From Mytilus californianus (Eukaryota), in NCBI RefSeq assembly GCF_021869535.1, contig NW_026262690.1, positions 79,918,001 through 79,982,000 of the forward strand: a DNA stretch of 64,000 nt. The letters are read 5' to 3'. The stretch's first letter is position 1; each line of letters starts with the position of its first letter. Shown in pieces: positions 1-12,820 of this stretch. The notes beneath the pieces were generated by a model. The model searched no databases. It was not told the origin of the DNA and was given only the letters and a program-made list of their open reading frames with translations. The position numbers and the translations under genes were made by a program.

Positions 1-636
1 TTCAAACGGAGACATGTCTAGGTTCAAACAACGTGGTTATGACGATTTTTCATTTTCACCTTTTTAATTTTTTCATCAAATCATATTTGTAAATGTATTT
101 CTGATAATTTAAACCTTTTGGACTAAATTAATTAGATGCAAACCGCTGAAATGTAAGAAAATAACTTTGAATAGACCGACCAATGTCTGGTTCAAAATAG
201 TTTACCTGTCACCTGAACAGGTAAATTTCAGCTGTTTGACAACTAATTAGCCTTGATTAAAATGAGAAGGTATTGAAGTAGGGGTTGTTTTGATAGTACT
301 TAATGATCATGTCACTTTTATGACCGGAAATGTGTGGCTGTTAAAGGCAAAACGTTGGGTCAAAAAGATCGCGAATTATGTTAAAATGACCGTCTCTTAA
401 AGCCTTGAAAACTAAAAAGTAGATGCCTGTTTCATGCTTTGTCCAGCCAGACTTTTACCGGACATTATGCAAATGTCCGGCATATATGACCGTTTTGGAA
501 GCCTTGAATTATGAACCTAATTTCAATTATGAAATCTTTTTCTATGAATCATTTTTTATATTTTCATAAAAGGTTAAAGTGATATTGCAACAAATCAGTT
601 CAATCTAAATTTTTAAATATTGTATTTAAACACCAA

Positions 637-1050
637 TTACAATCTCGAAAACTTTACTGACACATCATGAGTTGGTTGACCATTATGGAAATGGAATATC
701 TGTTTCACAGATGATGACAGATATGTTCCTATTGTCGTAACCATAATCCTGTCTTCTTTTCTCATATGTGACATCACAGAATTAGACTTATTATCAAGTT
801 TGTAATAAAATGAGCAACACAACAGGTGCCACATGTGGAGCAGGATCTACTTATCCTCCTGGCACAACTGAGATCACCCTTGGTTTTTGGTGGGGTTCAT
901 GGTTGCTCAGACCTTGGTTTTCTATGTTGTGTTTTGTATACTGTTGTGTGCTTTTATGTCTTTTTTTTCATCTTTTGACATGGTATTGTCAGTCTGTAAA
1001 CAACTAATGAGTTTGAATATCCCTTTGATATCTTCTGCCTCTCTTTTACA
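637..1050. repeat. Degenerate interspersed repeat fragments
   Basis: Motifs ggtttttggtggggttcat.gttgctcag...ttttctatgtt and ggaacatat..gtcat...tgtga.acagatattcc, which I recognise as common bivalve repeat motifs; not database-verified. Confidence 0.5.
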
Positions 1051-1194
1051 TACAAACATCACTACAGTTTAGAACAAGGAGCTTGATTAAAGTTACTTTA
1101 CTTTTGATTTTCAAATATCAAAACTGAGTAAATTTCTATTTCAAAATGTTAAATTTTATTTAAAGTGATCATTTGCAAAAAAATAGTATATAAA

Positions 1195-1890
1195 CAGTCA
1201 GGGACGTTACTTAAACAAGTTTTTTTTTTTAGTTACTTATATAGGTAATTTTTTATTTTTTAAATTTTTTAAATTACTTAATAGAGTTATTTTAGATTTC
1301 AATAAAGCATGGACTAAATGTAGTTTTTATGAATTTGTACATCACATTTTATTACATAAGATTAAGAATTCTTTAAATTAGAGAGGGATATAGAGATAAA
1401 TGAATACTTTAAAAATAGTGACAAAAATATTACTTGTATAAGTTATTTTATACATCTTTGAAAAAATTAGTAATAACAATTATTTGAGGAACATATGTAA
1501 TTGTTATAGGTTACAAATTATAAATAACTTCAAGTCTTAATTAAATCACAAGTTTCCATCTATCTATATCTCTCTATCTTTAAGATTTTCAAGGAAAATG
1601 ATATTTTAATAGTCCCAAGAGACCAATCTTTGACACAGATGCCTCGATACGAAATGTAAGTGCATCAGAAAGGCAATTAGTGTTTCGGGAGGATTAGTTT
1701 TTATATTTCATGGGAAAAATAACCAGATGTCTGTGAAAAATTGTTAAAGCTAGTAAAATCTGTATGGATGGACACCTGTAAAAGTAATATTTACAAAAAT
1801 TACTTATATAAGTAATATTTAAAATAGCCTCGTTTTTAACATAACTTGTATAGGTAATTTTAAAAGTTACTTAAGTAATGCCCCTAAGTG
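1195..1890. mobile_element. Diverged relative of the 44080-44703 MITE
   Basis: Starts cagtcagggacgttactt, ends aagtaatgcccctaagtg, and carries the same ttacttatataag-type internal motifs. Confidence 0.55.
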
Positions 1891-2121
1891 ATAAATAAGG
1901 AGGTGTGGTATGATTGCCAACACTTATCCATAAGATTCCAAAATGAAGTGGATGTAAGCAACTACAGGCCACTCTACAATTATCAACAATGAGCAAAATC
2001 CATACCGAATAGTCAGCTATAAAAGGTACAGATATGACAAAATGTGAAACAATTTATACTAGAAAACCAATGTCCTGACTAACTAACACTAAAACCCTAC
2101 GCACACTTTATGGATCAGTTG

Positions 2122-3358
2122 AACAAGAGTGCACACGCTGAAATGTCTCGCCTTCTTTACTAATCATTGATATTATGTTGATAGTCCTAAATATAAAGCT
2201 TTATTACAACTGCCACATAAACTTAACATTAACCAAGTAAACTAAACATTGACCAATGAACCATGAAAATGAGGTCAAGGTCAGATAAACCATGCTAGGC
2301 AGGCATGTACAGCTAACAAATCTTCCATACAACAAATATAGTTGACCTATTGCTTATAGTTTAAGAAAAACAGACCAAAACACAAAAACTTAACACTGAG
2401 CAATGAACCTTGAAAATGAGGTCAAGGTCAAATAAAACCTGCGTGACTGACATATAGATCATAAAATATTTCCATACACCAAATATAGTTGAACTATTGC
2501 ATATATAGTATTAGAAAAAAAGACCAAAACTCAAAAACTTAACTTTGACCACTGAACCATGAAAATGAGGTCAAGGTCAGATGACACCTGCCAGCTAGAC
2601 ATGTACACTTTACAATCATTCCATACACCAAATATAGTAGACCTATTGCATACAGTATAAGAAAAACAGACCAAAACACAAAAACTTAACTATAACCACT
2701 GAACCATGAAAATGAGGTCAAGGTCAGATGACACCTGCCAGTTGGACATGTACACCTTACAATCATTCCATACACCAAATATAGTAGACCTATTGCATAC
2801 AGTATAAGAAAAACAGACCAAAACACAAAAACTTAACTATAACCACTGAACCATGAAAATGAGGTCAAGGTCAGATGAAACCTGCCAGTTGGACATGTAC
2901 ACCTTACAGTCCTTCCATACACCGAATATACTAGACCTATTGCTTATAGTATCTGAGATATGGACTTGACCACCAAAACTTAACCTTGTTCACTGATCCA
3001 TGAAATGAGGTCGAGGTCAAGTGAAAACTGTCTGACGGGCATGAGGAACTTGCAAGGTACGCAACGTACCAAATATAGTTATCCTATTACTTATAATAAG
3101 AGAGAATTTAACATTACAAAAAATCTTAACTTTTTTTTCAAGTAGTCACTGAACCATGAAAATGAGGTCAAGGACATTGGACATGTGACTGACGGAAACT
3201 TCGTAACATGAGGCATCCATATACAAAGTATGAAGCATCCAGATCTTCTACCTTCTAAAATATAAAGTTTTTAAGAAGTTAGCTAACGCTGCCGCTGCCG
3301 CCGGATCACTATCCCTATGTCAAGCTTTCTGCGACAAAAGTCGCAGGCTCGACAAAAA
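2122..3358 (+). mobile_element. Satellite-bearing non-autonomous Helentron/HINE (pearl-like) element, family 1 copy 1, 7 units of about 147 bp
   Basis: 5' end aacaagagtgcacacgctgaaatgtctcgcc. The unit marker gaggtcaagg recurs at 2271, 2418, 2567, 2714, 2861, 3007 and 3164. GCC-type microsatellite and 3' hairpin gcgac-aaaa-gtcgc followed by gctcgacaaaaa. Superfamily assignment is inferred from structure. Confidence 0.75.
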
Positions 3359-3605
3359 CTACATGGAAATCATTGCCAGCTTCCTTCCCAGAAACTTAAT
3401 AGGTAAACATTTTTTTTAGCAAGTTCTAAAATAAAATACAATTGTTAAATGTACTAAAAATCTTTCTTTAGAAATTTGTATATAAGCATTCTTGGTGAAA
3501 GTTAAGAATGGTGATATGAATGTAGGAACATTCGGTATGTTTCTTTACTTGTTTTGATGGTTTGTAGAATAGTAAAAATCTTATTCTACTTTAATATATC
3601 CCTTT

Positions 3606-3626
3606 ACTTACTAATCTTCACCCACC
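3606..3626 (-). promoter_or_regulatory. Two alternative 5' splice donors flanking the MOCS1A stop codon
   Basis: Minus strand reads ATT G|GTGGGT GA AGATTA|GTAAGT. Proximal donor GT is at 3625-3624, inside the Gly-Gly codons and before the TGA at 3620-3618. Distal donor GTAAGT starts at 3611. Confidence 0.8.
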
Positions 3627-6600
3627 AATTAATATCATAGGTCTGTTCTTCATACGGGCAAGGTCAAACATTCCTACAAGGTCAAATAAAAGTCAATTTA
3701 TTTTAATTTAAAATGTAATGTTTAAGAAAATCCACATATAAAACATTAAAATGGGAAGTTTTTGACAAAGAAGAGATGGTTTTCTAGAAGGAATATCTAG
3801 TATTTGGTAGTTTTCCTTTAAAAAATAACAAACTTAATTTTCTTATCACTGTTATGCACAAACTGGAATGAAAACTACAAAATGAAATTCTTGATTGAGT
3901 GAATAGATATAAAACATAACTATAAACTATAGATTTTTAAAAATATGTAATGTCACATGGAATAAGGTGAGAATAGAGAAAACATCGTATTATTATCAAA
4001 GTCCTTACCCTATACAAATAGAACAGTATATGGGTATTTCTTTCTTTATCCACAAATAGATGGAACATAAGATACTTCTTGTAATCAGAAAAAAACTATG
4101 AGAATACTTTCAAAACTATTATTTCAGCTATTTCAATTCAGGCCAATATTTTGTCAATCACTTGACAGTGCTCACCTGCATGTTGTTTTTTCTTCCTTTT
4201 GACAGCTGCTCCAATCACATCCAGTATCTCTGCATTATCATCAGTACTTCTGATCATATCTCGCAAAGAAACCTCAGCATTTCCAAATAAACATACCTGT
4301 CATAAGATACTTTTATTTTAAACAATTTCAAAGCAAACAGCCTTTTAAGTTAAAAAAATTGTTTAAATATGTGGTGTAAATATTTTTCTTTTTTTTTTCT
4401 TTCTTAATTTGACAAGAAATTATGTTAAAATTATGTTAAAATTCATTAAAAGAAGGTAATATTTATTCAATTACTGAATTAACATATAAGAAATATGTGA
4501 TGAAAAATTTCCATGCACAGTACGTAGTTATCATTAAAATTCAAAGTATTGTCAAACAGCTAGGGACTTCTCAATGGGTTTGAAAATTGCTTACACAGTA
4601 CTACTCATTATGATTAAGTTTCAGACCATATCACCAAATTAGTCCTCAATATAGAAGCATAGTAATCTATTACAAAAGTCATGGATGTAGAAACAGAGGG
4701 AAGAATATATATGTTGAATGCAGTATACCACCCTCCATGAATGGGGGAATAAAAACAGATGAAAAGATGGACAAGAGTGACATTCATGTCAGCTTATCAA
4801 AGGTGTAATACCACCAAATCATAGTACGTCACATCTGGTTGCATTCGAAAAAAGGGTTGAAAAGAAATATCCTCTTGAATTTGACAGTTGTAGGAAATTA
4901 ATCCTACATTTCATTGCAGTAAAAAATTTCTGAGTCATAAACATATATCTTGGGTGTTTAAAAGCACCATTCTTTTTTTTATTTGGTGTTTCTATAGAAT
5001 ATTTTGGAAACTTGAGGTTACATGGTTACTAAAGCTTGTACACAGGAAAAAAAGATTGAAAATTTGATTGGTTAACTTCCAGTGATGGTTATTTTCTTAT
5101 ATACAATGAAATGTTATGTGAAATTTTGTCTGTAGTACTGGACAGGACAAAACTTTACTCATGCCAAGTATTTCTTTATTTGACAATATTTTGAATGGTG
5201 CAAATTTAACAAAGACTAATAGGGGAAAAACAATGGTGGTATTAAACCTAAAGTTATAAAATATGCATAATAAATATTTAATCCAAAGGAAGTTGCAAAT
5301 AAAATATTACATCCAGATATGATCATGAAAAGAGAATGAAAGAAGTCTTGTTTTTATTCTAAATTTTTTTTGTATATATGTGAGGAAGATGCAGATTTAT
5401 AAGGACTATTGCTAATTTAAATACCTTCAAGTTACCATCAGCAGTTATTCTAAGTCTATTGCAGGATCCACAAAAATGTTCACTCATTGATGTAATAAAA
5501 CCAATCTGTCCTTCAAATCCTGGCACTTTGTAAGCCTAGGAAAAATATTTTGCATGTAACAATATAGAATAAAGTATATGCAACCCAAATAAGATAATAC
5601 AAATTAGAATGAAAGAATCCTTTGACTCACATAAGTTTTCTCGGCAGTGTTTTTTTTACCGTTAATTGTTTTTATTTGTCATGATTATTTTTTGCCATAG
5701 AATTTTGCCAGTTTCTCTTTGACTTATGAGTTTCGAATATTTCTTTGGTATCTTCCACATCTCTTTTGATACGAGAAATTTTCATTGCAATAAAATTGCA
5801 AAGTTTTTTATTTTAAAAACAGTATGATGATCTTATTTCCACTTCCTAAACAACTAGCGTAATTATTATTTGAACAATCTAATTTACTTCATTTACATTT
5901 CAATATATTTTCCTGGCCCAAGCAGCAAGTTACTGATAGTTTAAACCTACACTGGTCCAGCAGTTCCTTCACTAACCATGGACCAGTGTTGTTCTAATTT
6001 TTAACCCTTTCTATATTCATGTAGTTCCAAAATCAGCAGCACTACACTAACAATATCTATAAAACATTTTGTAAACAAATAAATCTAGTAGGTATTGCTT
6101 ATGGTTATTCCATTATTCCTCCTTTTTTTTTGGGGGGGGGGGGGGGGGGGTTGCACTTTTTATTTTACCTCTACATGCATACAAATTCAAATGATCGTTT
6201 TCTATATGTCTATATTTGTTCAGGCAATCTTTCAAAAATAATCTCCACCAATCAAAATTAAATAGGAGTGCATTCTGACCACCCAATACATTCAATTCAT
6301 CAAGAAGAGATATTCTTAAAAATTTACTTGAAATTTAAAATCAATGCTTACCTTAAAAGTCATTCTGGTTATTTTCTGAATGATTTAAAAAGACGACCTT
6401 TATTAGATTAAATTGGGCATTATGTCTACATACTTTTGAAGTGTCATTTGGTCTGTCCTGTATTCGCTGAATATCTGGCCATTTCAGTTTTATAATGTCT
6501 AACATATCGTTGTATGACACCATCTTCTTAAAATTCCATTTATTGCCATCAAATGGCATATACTCAATAAATCTAATGTCAACATTCTAAAATTATAAAT

Positions 6601-9600
6601 ATTAATCATCATATTAATACATACAGTGATTCCTAAAGAAAGTTTCAATGTTTCATGATAGTTTCTCTTGGTTGGATTTTTTATATTATTACAACCTGTA
6701 TTTTGATTTGGTTTCAACCCAAAATTGATAACGATTGTATTGTATTACTGTCAATCAGCCAACCCTATAATAAAAACATCTCACTTTTTGTCTGTACAAC
6801 AAAATGTCAGTGTTTTGCAACTTGCGTCCATTTCAAAGTTTGTCAGGATGACAAAATGTTGTCCTAGTTTAATACAGTTTTCAATTATCATCATCTGTAA
6901 TATGAAGTACCCTATATAAAACATGACAGAGACCTAGGGTTCATAAATGACAGATTTTGAACAATGGTTAAAAATAGGAACTTAACCCCTCCACATTCTG
7001 TATGTGCCTGTCCCAAGTCAGGAGCTTGTAATTCAGTGCTTGTCGTTTGTTGCTGTATATCATATTTGTTTTTCGTTCATTATTTTGTACATAAATCAGG
7101 CGTTATTTTTCTTGTTTGAATTGTTTTACATTTGTCATTTCAGGGCCTTTTATAGCTGACTATGCGGTATGGGTTTTACTCATTGTTGAAGGCTGTACGA
7201 TGACCTATAGTTTTTTAATTTCTGTGTCATTTGGTCTTTTGTGGAGAGTTGTCTAATTGGCAATCATACCACATCTTCTTATTTTTATATTAAGTACCAT
7301 ACCTTGTTTTCTGTCAATGCAACAAAATCACAGATTTCCTCTTCATTGACACCTCTCATTACCACACAATTCACCTGTAATACAGAAAGTACACATTTGT
7401 TTTTTTTTATTCAAATTATAATACACAACTTACAACTATACATTCCATTTCCCATTAAACATTCAATGTTTTAGGAAGAAAAGGCAGAAATATTTTAATA
7501 AAATATTAACCTTTCGATGTAGAAGACAGCATTTTAGTGATTTAAGTCATTGTCTGCTTACTCAAAAGTGTCTGTGAAAGCAAAAGGAAGGAGGAAAGAA
7601 ATAATGCATGGATAAGCATCTATAAATAATAGATGTGGGAAAATATCCAATCTGTTAATAAGACATTAAACAAGTTTGAGCTTTTTAAAAAGCTGTGGAC
7701 TGCTTCGCTCTATCCTGATTTAAGGTATTGCGTGTGCATGTGGTTGTTGATTTAGTATTGGAAATGTGGTATTTTTAGATATTGATTGATATAAAATGGA
7801 TGTCTTAGACTTGGAATATCAATTTTTGTATATATATTAAGATGAACTTTTCTAAAATTTTAAACTGGCTGTTCAGTGTTGTTTGTTATACACCCATGCT
7901 TTTAAAAAAAATTTCGATTTACTTGTTGAAATTTAAAACATTTACAAAACACGACTCTCGAGGTGTGCCTCTCTGGAGGTGTGCCCAGATTGGCAGAAGT
8001 TATAAAATACAGATAATGCATTTTTGTAAACATTGTATAGGAACATTGTTTAGCTAAACAAATCGTGCATATTACAGATTAACAAAGCAAATAAACAGGT
8101 GTTAAAAATTGATATTTCAATATTGAATTTCAGTGTGCAATATTTGCATAATAAAACGAACATGAATTAATAACAGTTGATCGGAACTGAAATACACATA
8201 GTTAATTTTCCGGCATTTGATGTCTTATCCTGAGACGAGAAAAGTCTGTAATTCTTTATCTCATTTAAGCCAATATCTGTTGCTGTATCTTAGCCGAATC
8301 ATAAAGCAACCAATCAGAATCTTTAAGTGATAAGTAATTATTTCAAGATGGCGTGTATATTGACTGAAACTAATAGCTCCGCACCGTGATGCGAAGCAAA
8401 AAAAACTAACAACATTAAAAACATCTAGAGTTCAACCAACCGAATTCAACTCTATGTAATATGTTGGTCTTCAATTTCCTTAATTAAACTTTTACCTTAA
8501 CTGGACCATATCCCAGCTCTACAGCAGTATCAATCCCTTTCATTACTCTATCCCAGCCTTTTCTTCTGGTTATAAACTCAAACTTGGCTGGAATTAATGT
8601 ATCTAAACTAATATTGAGACTATCAAGCCCATTGGCTTTCAGCTGAGGTAGTTTTCTTGCTAATGTAATGCCATTTGTTGTCATTGCAATGTTTTCTAAC
8701 CCATGTGGACGCAGGTCATTTAAAGCACCTGTAATTATGATAGAAACATCTCTTATAATATCAGTACATGTACTACAAAGATAAAAAAAAATTATATTTC
8801 AAGTTCTTTACTTTAGATAGTTTCCAAAACAGATGCCATCTGCATAATTATAATCTTAGGTGACATTGGTCAAAAGAAGATATTAGTTAGTATCTTCCCT
8901 TTCTTTCTTTTTCTTTTTTCTTATAATTTCATTTCACATTTTTATTTGTCTTAAAATGTTTTTCTCCTTATTAAATCTTTCTCATCTAATTCTGATTGAT
9001 TAATGCATTGTTTATTGCTGAAGCGTAGATTTGCTATGAGAAATGTTTCAGTAGTCAATATTAAGATATCCCATTCCCACATACATCTACTGGACTAGAG
9101 ATCTTTTAGGTTTTTCTTTATATCAGAAATTTCCAATTGTCCAAGATTTTTTTTATCATCATTTACCCATCATGTCCACCCTAGTGATTTATTCCAGGAA
9201 CTTGATTAATTAGATCTAATGATAATTTAAAACTAATTTGTTGGCTATTCATTTAAATATTCAAAATTTTCACACTTCCCGTCACACTTAATCTTGATCA
9301 GAAGTGTGAACGTTGAACTTTTGAATTCACTATAACAATTTTCATGGAATCAGCACTATTCTGTCCTTACCCTCGAGCTCTATTTCTAAAATCAATCTGA
9401 AATAAAGCATTACAAAACTAAATAATAACCTACCAATGATTTCAATAAGATCAGATCTGACTAAAGGTTCTCCTCCTGTTAGTCGTATCTTCTGTATTCC
9501 CTCTTTGACGAAGAGTTCTGATAACTTGATTATCTCCCCTGTTGACAATAACTTTTGTTTTGGTGTCAATTCTACTCCATCTGAAGGCATGCAGTACTGA

Positions 9601-12600
9601 CCTACAGTATAAAATATGATCATTATTGTTATAATTACTAACTTCATTTTTATGACTTACAAACTATTAAATCTGATAACTTTTGTAAATACAATAGTAT
9701 ACATGGAGTACATAAAACAATAATATTAAGGAAGCAACACTCTGTCACACTGACGGTGAAGTATGAGGTTTTCATAGAAATGTTTAGAGACAGGCAAAAG
9801 TTGTGTATTGCAATTAGGTACTAGAGGTGTTCTGAGATATTTGTGGAACTCCACATACAGGTTTATTAGAAAATATGGAAAAAATTGTTTTTTTCCGATA
9901 ATTATTTTGTCATATAGCATGTATAGAAGGCTGTTTGTTTTCATGCTTGAATTGTTTCACATTTTGTCAGGGTGGAGTCTTTTAACTTATAGCTGACAAT
10001 AAAGTATGAGTTTTGCTCAATGTGAAGGCTGATAGTTGACATTTAATTGCTTACATTCTGGATGGTTACCAGCAGTGTCGTTAACCCCCCCTACAGTACA
10101 GTAGGAGTAAAATGAGTCTAGTGGATATTTGTCTAATTGACAATCATACCAAATCTCCTTTATATACATTATATTAGTTACAATAGGCAAATTAAATTAA
10201 TAGGCAGATGAATGAATAAAACTACCACTCTTTACTCCCTTCTTAAGTTTCCAATAACATGTATAAAATATGTCTTACATCTTAAATTGCACCTTTCTGT
10301 CAGAGAAATTCTAAGATATGTATGATGTCTTCCAAATTTATCTGTTAGATTAGGAGATATATCAGCTACCTTTTGCTTTGACTTTACCTAAAAAGAATAA
10401 TAAAATATCAGCATGAACATAATCATACAACATGAAATGTTACAGTTAGGGTCATCATCAATATTTTGGTCTTGGTGATTTCTTCATTCAAATGATAACT
10501 CTGTAGGAGATATATGCCTTAGTTTTGTTCATGTCTAATATATGTGAATAAATAAATTCTGAAGATTCAAGAATGATTTTTTATACTTAAGAACTTAAAG
10601 AAAGTTATTTAACTTTAACTTTCTGTCTGCCATCTTGTGATGTCTGATACTGCAGTTAGGGTAATCAGCTTAACCCCAGTACATATGTTAATTCTTATTG
10701 TGCCAGTCCCAAGTCAATTACTTTTTAAGCAGTACATTGTACATGAATTTGGTGTTGATGGCAGATCTTTGGATCGGGACAATTTAGAACTTGACAAATG
10801 GCATAGACACTTTTATGTTGAAAACATTTGGACCTCTAGTCTGATGTGTTGTCGGAAGCTGAATCCAAAAATGCAAGGAATTTCTGATATACTTCTCCAT
10901 ATGCTCTCCTGATTAGAAAATATGTCAACAGAAAATTTTCTATTTTCAAGATAAAAGTACAACATGGACATCTTACTTGTACTTGTCCTACATACCGGTA
11001 TATATTATACTCCTGATAAATAGTTTATTCATATTTTGTTAAGACTGATATTTTACAGGAGGATATATATACAATACTGCAATAATATATTCCAGAGGAA
11101 AACATGAGAGATGGGCATACAAAAATAATCACTATTACATGGCAACATAGCTACAACAGCTTGAGGGTAAACAATAGAATGATCCAAGGAAACTTGCTAT
11201 AAACTGGAAATAGTTAGAGATTTCATCCAACAATGGGAAGTTTTAAAACGAGATCAATCTTAATTTTCTTCTAAATAGCAGTCAATCACCAATAAAAAGC
11301 ATGACACAGGCACCGACAGTTGAAAGAATTGACATATAGGAGGATCGTAATGGGGGTACCTTCATGGCGAATAACGGTAGCAAATTTTGCCAAATGACCT
11401 AAATCAGGGGAATTACTTAAATGAGTGATTTCTTAAATCACTGATTCAAGTTACATTTTTCCAGAAATGTTGGAAGTAAGAGATGTCTTTCTTTAATAAA
11501 CACCTTTTTAAGTACTATTAGTACAAATAAATCACCAGACTAAGTGATTTAATTTTATTGTAGCTTTAAATATATAATACTAATGATCCAGGGACTAATT
11601 TTGTTGCTAAAATTATCAAAACCAACATCTGTGTTTATAGGATGACCGGTCATGTCAAGTGATCATGGTGATGGAAGGTCTTGTACTGAATCTGGGATAA
11701 TGACATGAAAATCACTTGCTTAAGTATTATACCTCTATTTTCTTCCAAAAAATCACTTCTATAAGTATTATTATTTTAATTACCCCCACACAAATTTCAA
11801 CAAGCCGGAACAGTAAAATTTTGGTCGCAAACAGTAAAATTTTATTACATAATCTGTAAGATGAAACCTTGAATTTTACAGGAAAAATACTCCCACTGCT
11901 GGGAAAAATCTGTTAAGAAAGTATTAGTTCATTATGTAAAGCCTTCATTAAAGCATTTTTTTTCAACAAATACAGAATTTACAGATGAATGATTGCATCA
12001 AAGGCATAAACCTACAAAATCGCAGAATTTTTAATTTGCTACTTACATGACTTAAATAAGTGATTTATAAAATCACTTATTTCAGTGATTCCCTTGACTG
12101 ATGACGTTAACAGTAATTTTTGGTGCATAAGAAAAATCAACTGATCTTGACGAATCTGTTATTTTTTTTCCAAAATAAACAGTAGCGGATAATTATTTGA
12201 CACCTCTGAGGAATCAAGATAAGGATATTTTGAGGAATCACAATAAAATTTTAATCAATTTGACGCTAACGGTAGCCAAAAATGACTGTTTGACGCCTAA
12301 CGGTAAAGGGCATTCCTACCTTCATATACATAGATATATGATATATAGCTGCACGCAGGATTGAATAACACGAAGAAGTCTTGTAGTATATCACTTGCCA
12401 CATCAGCTAGCTTCCAAAGTGTTAATCTATCAAAGATTTGTTCTAAATTGCATTTAACAGGTTAGCAAGGTAGATTTCCCTCCCTGATATTTATGTACGC
12501 CTAACCTTACCGCCCCCTTTTGAGCCATTCTTTGAAGCATTATTTCAATATTATACAGAGTTAGGTTGATGATTGCAGAGAACTTGTTGTCGTACAAATA

Positions 12601-12820
12601 TTTTAGAATATATTGAAGGCAAGCAAAATTAGTGCTAGAACTGTTCAATTACCTCAATTTCATCATCACTGTCCTGAATCTGGCTTCTCTCTGCAACACG
12701 AACTGCTGGAGCCATTGATGCACACGACCTCCTCCATTGCGTTGTGACAACCTTTCCACTTGACTGAAATGGTTGGGTTCTTGACCAAAAGGAAACTAAA
12801 ATACTTGAAAGTCTTGTCAT
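3618..12820 (-). CDS. MOCS1: Molybdenum cofactor biosynthesis protein 1, MOCS1A cistron (MoaA-type radical-SAM GTP 3',8-cyclase), 9 coding exons, 396 aa
   Basis: Exons in transcript order: 12820-12653, 10387-10279, 9601-9434, 8728-8496, 7374-7303, 6586-6434, 5535-5425, 4296-4176, 3673-3618; total 1191 nt, all introns GT-AG, phases consistent. Translation contains [29 protein letters not shown] (CxxxCxxC), [23 protein letters not shown]-like, [20 protein letters not shown] (Cx2Cx13C) and ends [11 protein letters not shown]-stop. Exon 1 ([16 protein letters not shown]...) is the least certain and resembles a mitochondrial presequence. Confidence 0.95.
6990..7290. repeat. High-copy interspersed repeat (SINE-like family A)
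   Basis: tgtgcctgtcccaagtcaggag...gaaggc...cataccacatcttcttattttt. Related copies at 1893-2075 (inverted), 9895-10160, 45045-45318, 45775-46165, 51318-51760 (inverted), 53805-54230 and 54940-55030. Confidence 0.8.

Noticed and set aside
1-540. CpG-containing segment at the window start, probably a repeat fragment
   Set aside because: No termini, ORF or second copy in the window to support a specific call.
637-834. 65-aa minus-strand ORF as a MOCS1B or linker exon
   Set aside because: No MoaC motifs, no suitable phase-1 AG acceptor, and the sequence matches repeat motifs.
7720-8500. Kolobok-like element bounded by TTAA-GGT...ACC-TTAA
   Set aside because: Only 4 terminal bases match, and the right end is simply the MOCS1 exon 4 splice donor.
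10637-10912. 91-aa plus-strand ORF, or a minus-strand alternative MOCS1 exon starting at the acceptor at 10908
   Set aside because: No recognisable protein. All three minus-strand frames hit stops and no donor gives phase 0 into exon 2.
11330-12330. Possible DNA transposon with aacggta subterminal motifs in MOCS1 intron 1
   Set aside because: TIRs and target-site duplication could not be defined convincingly.
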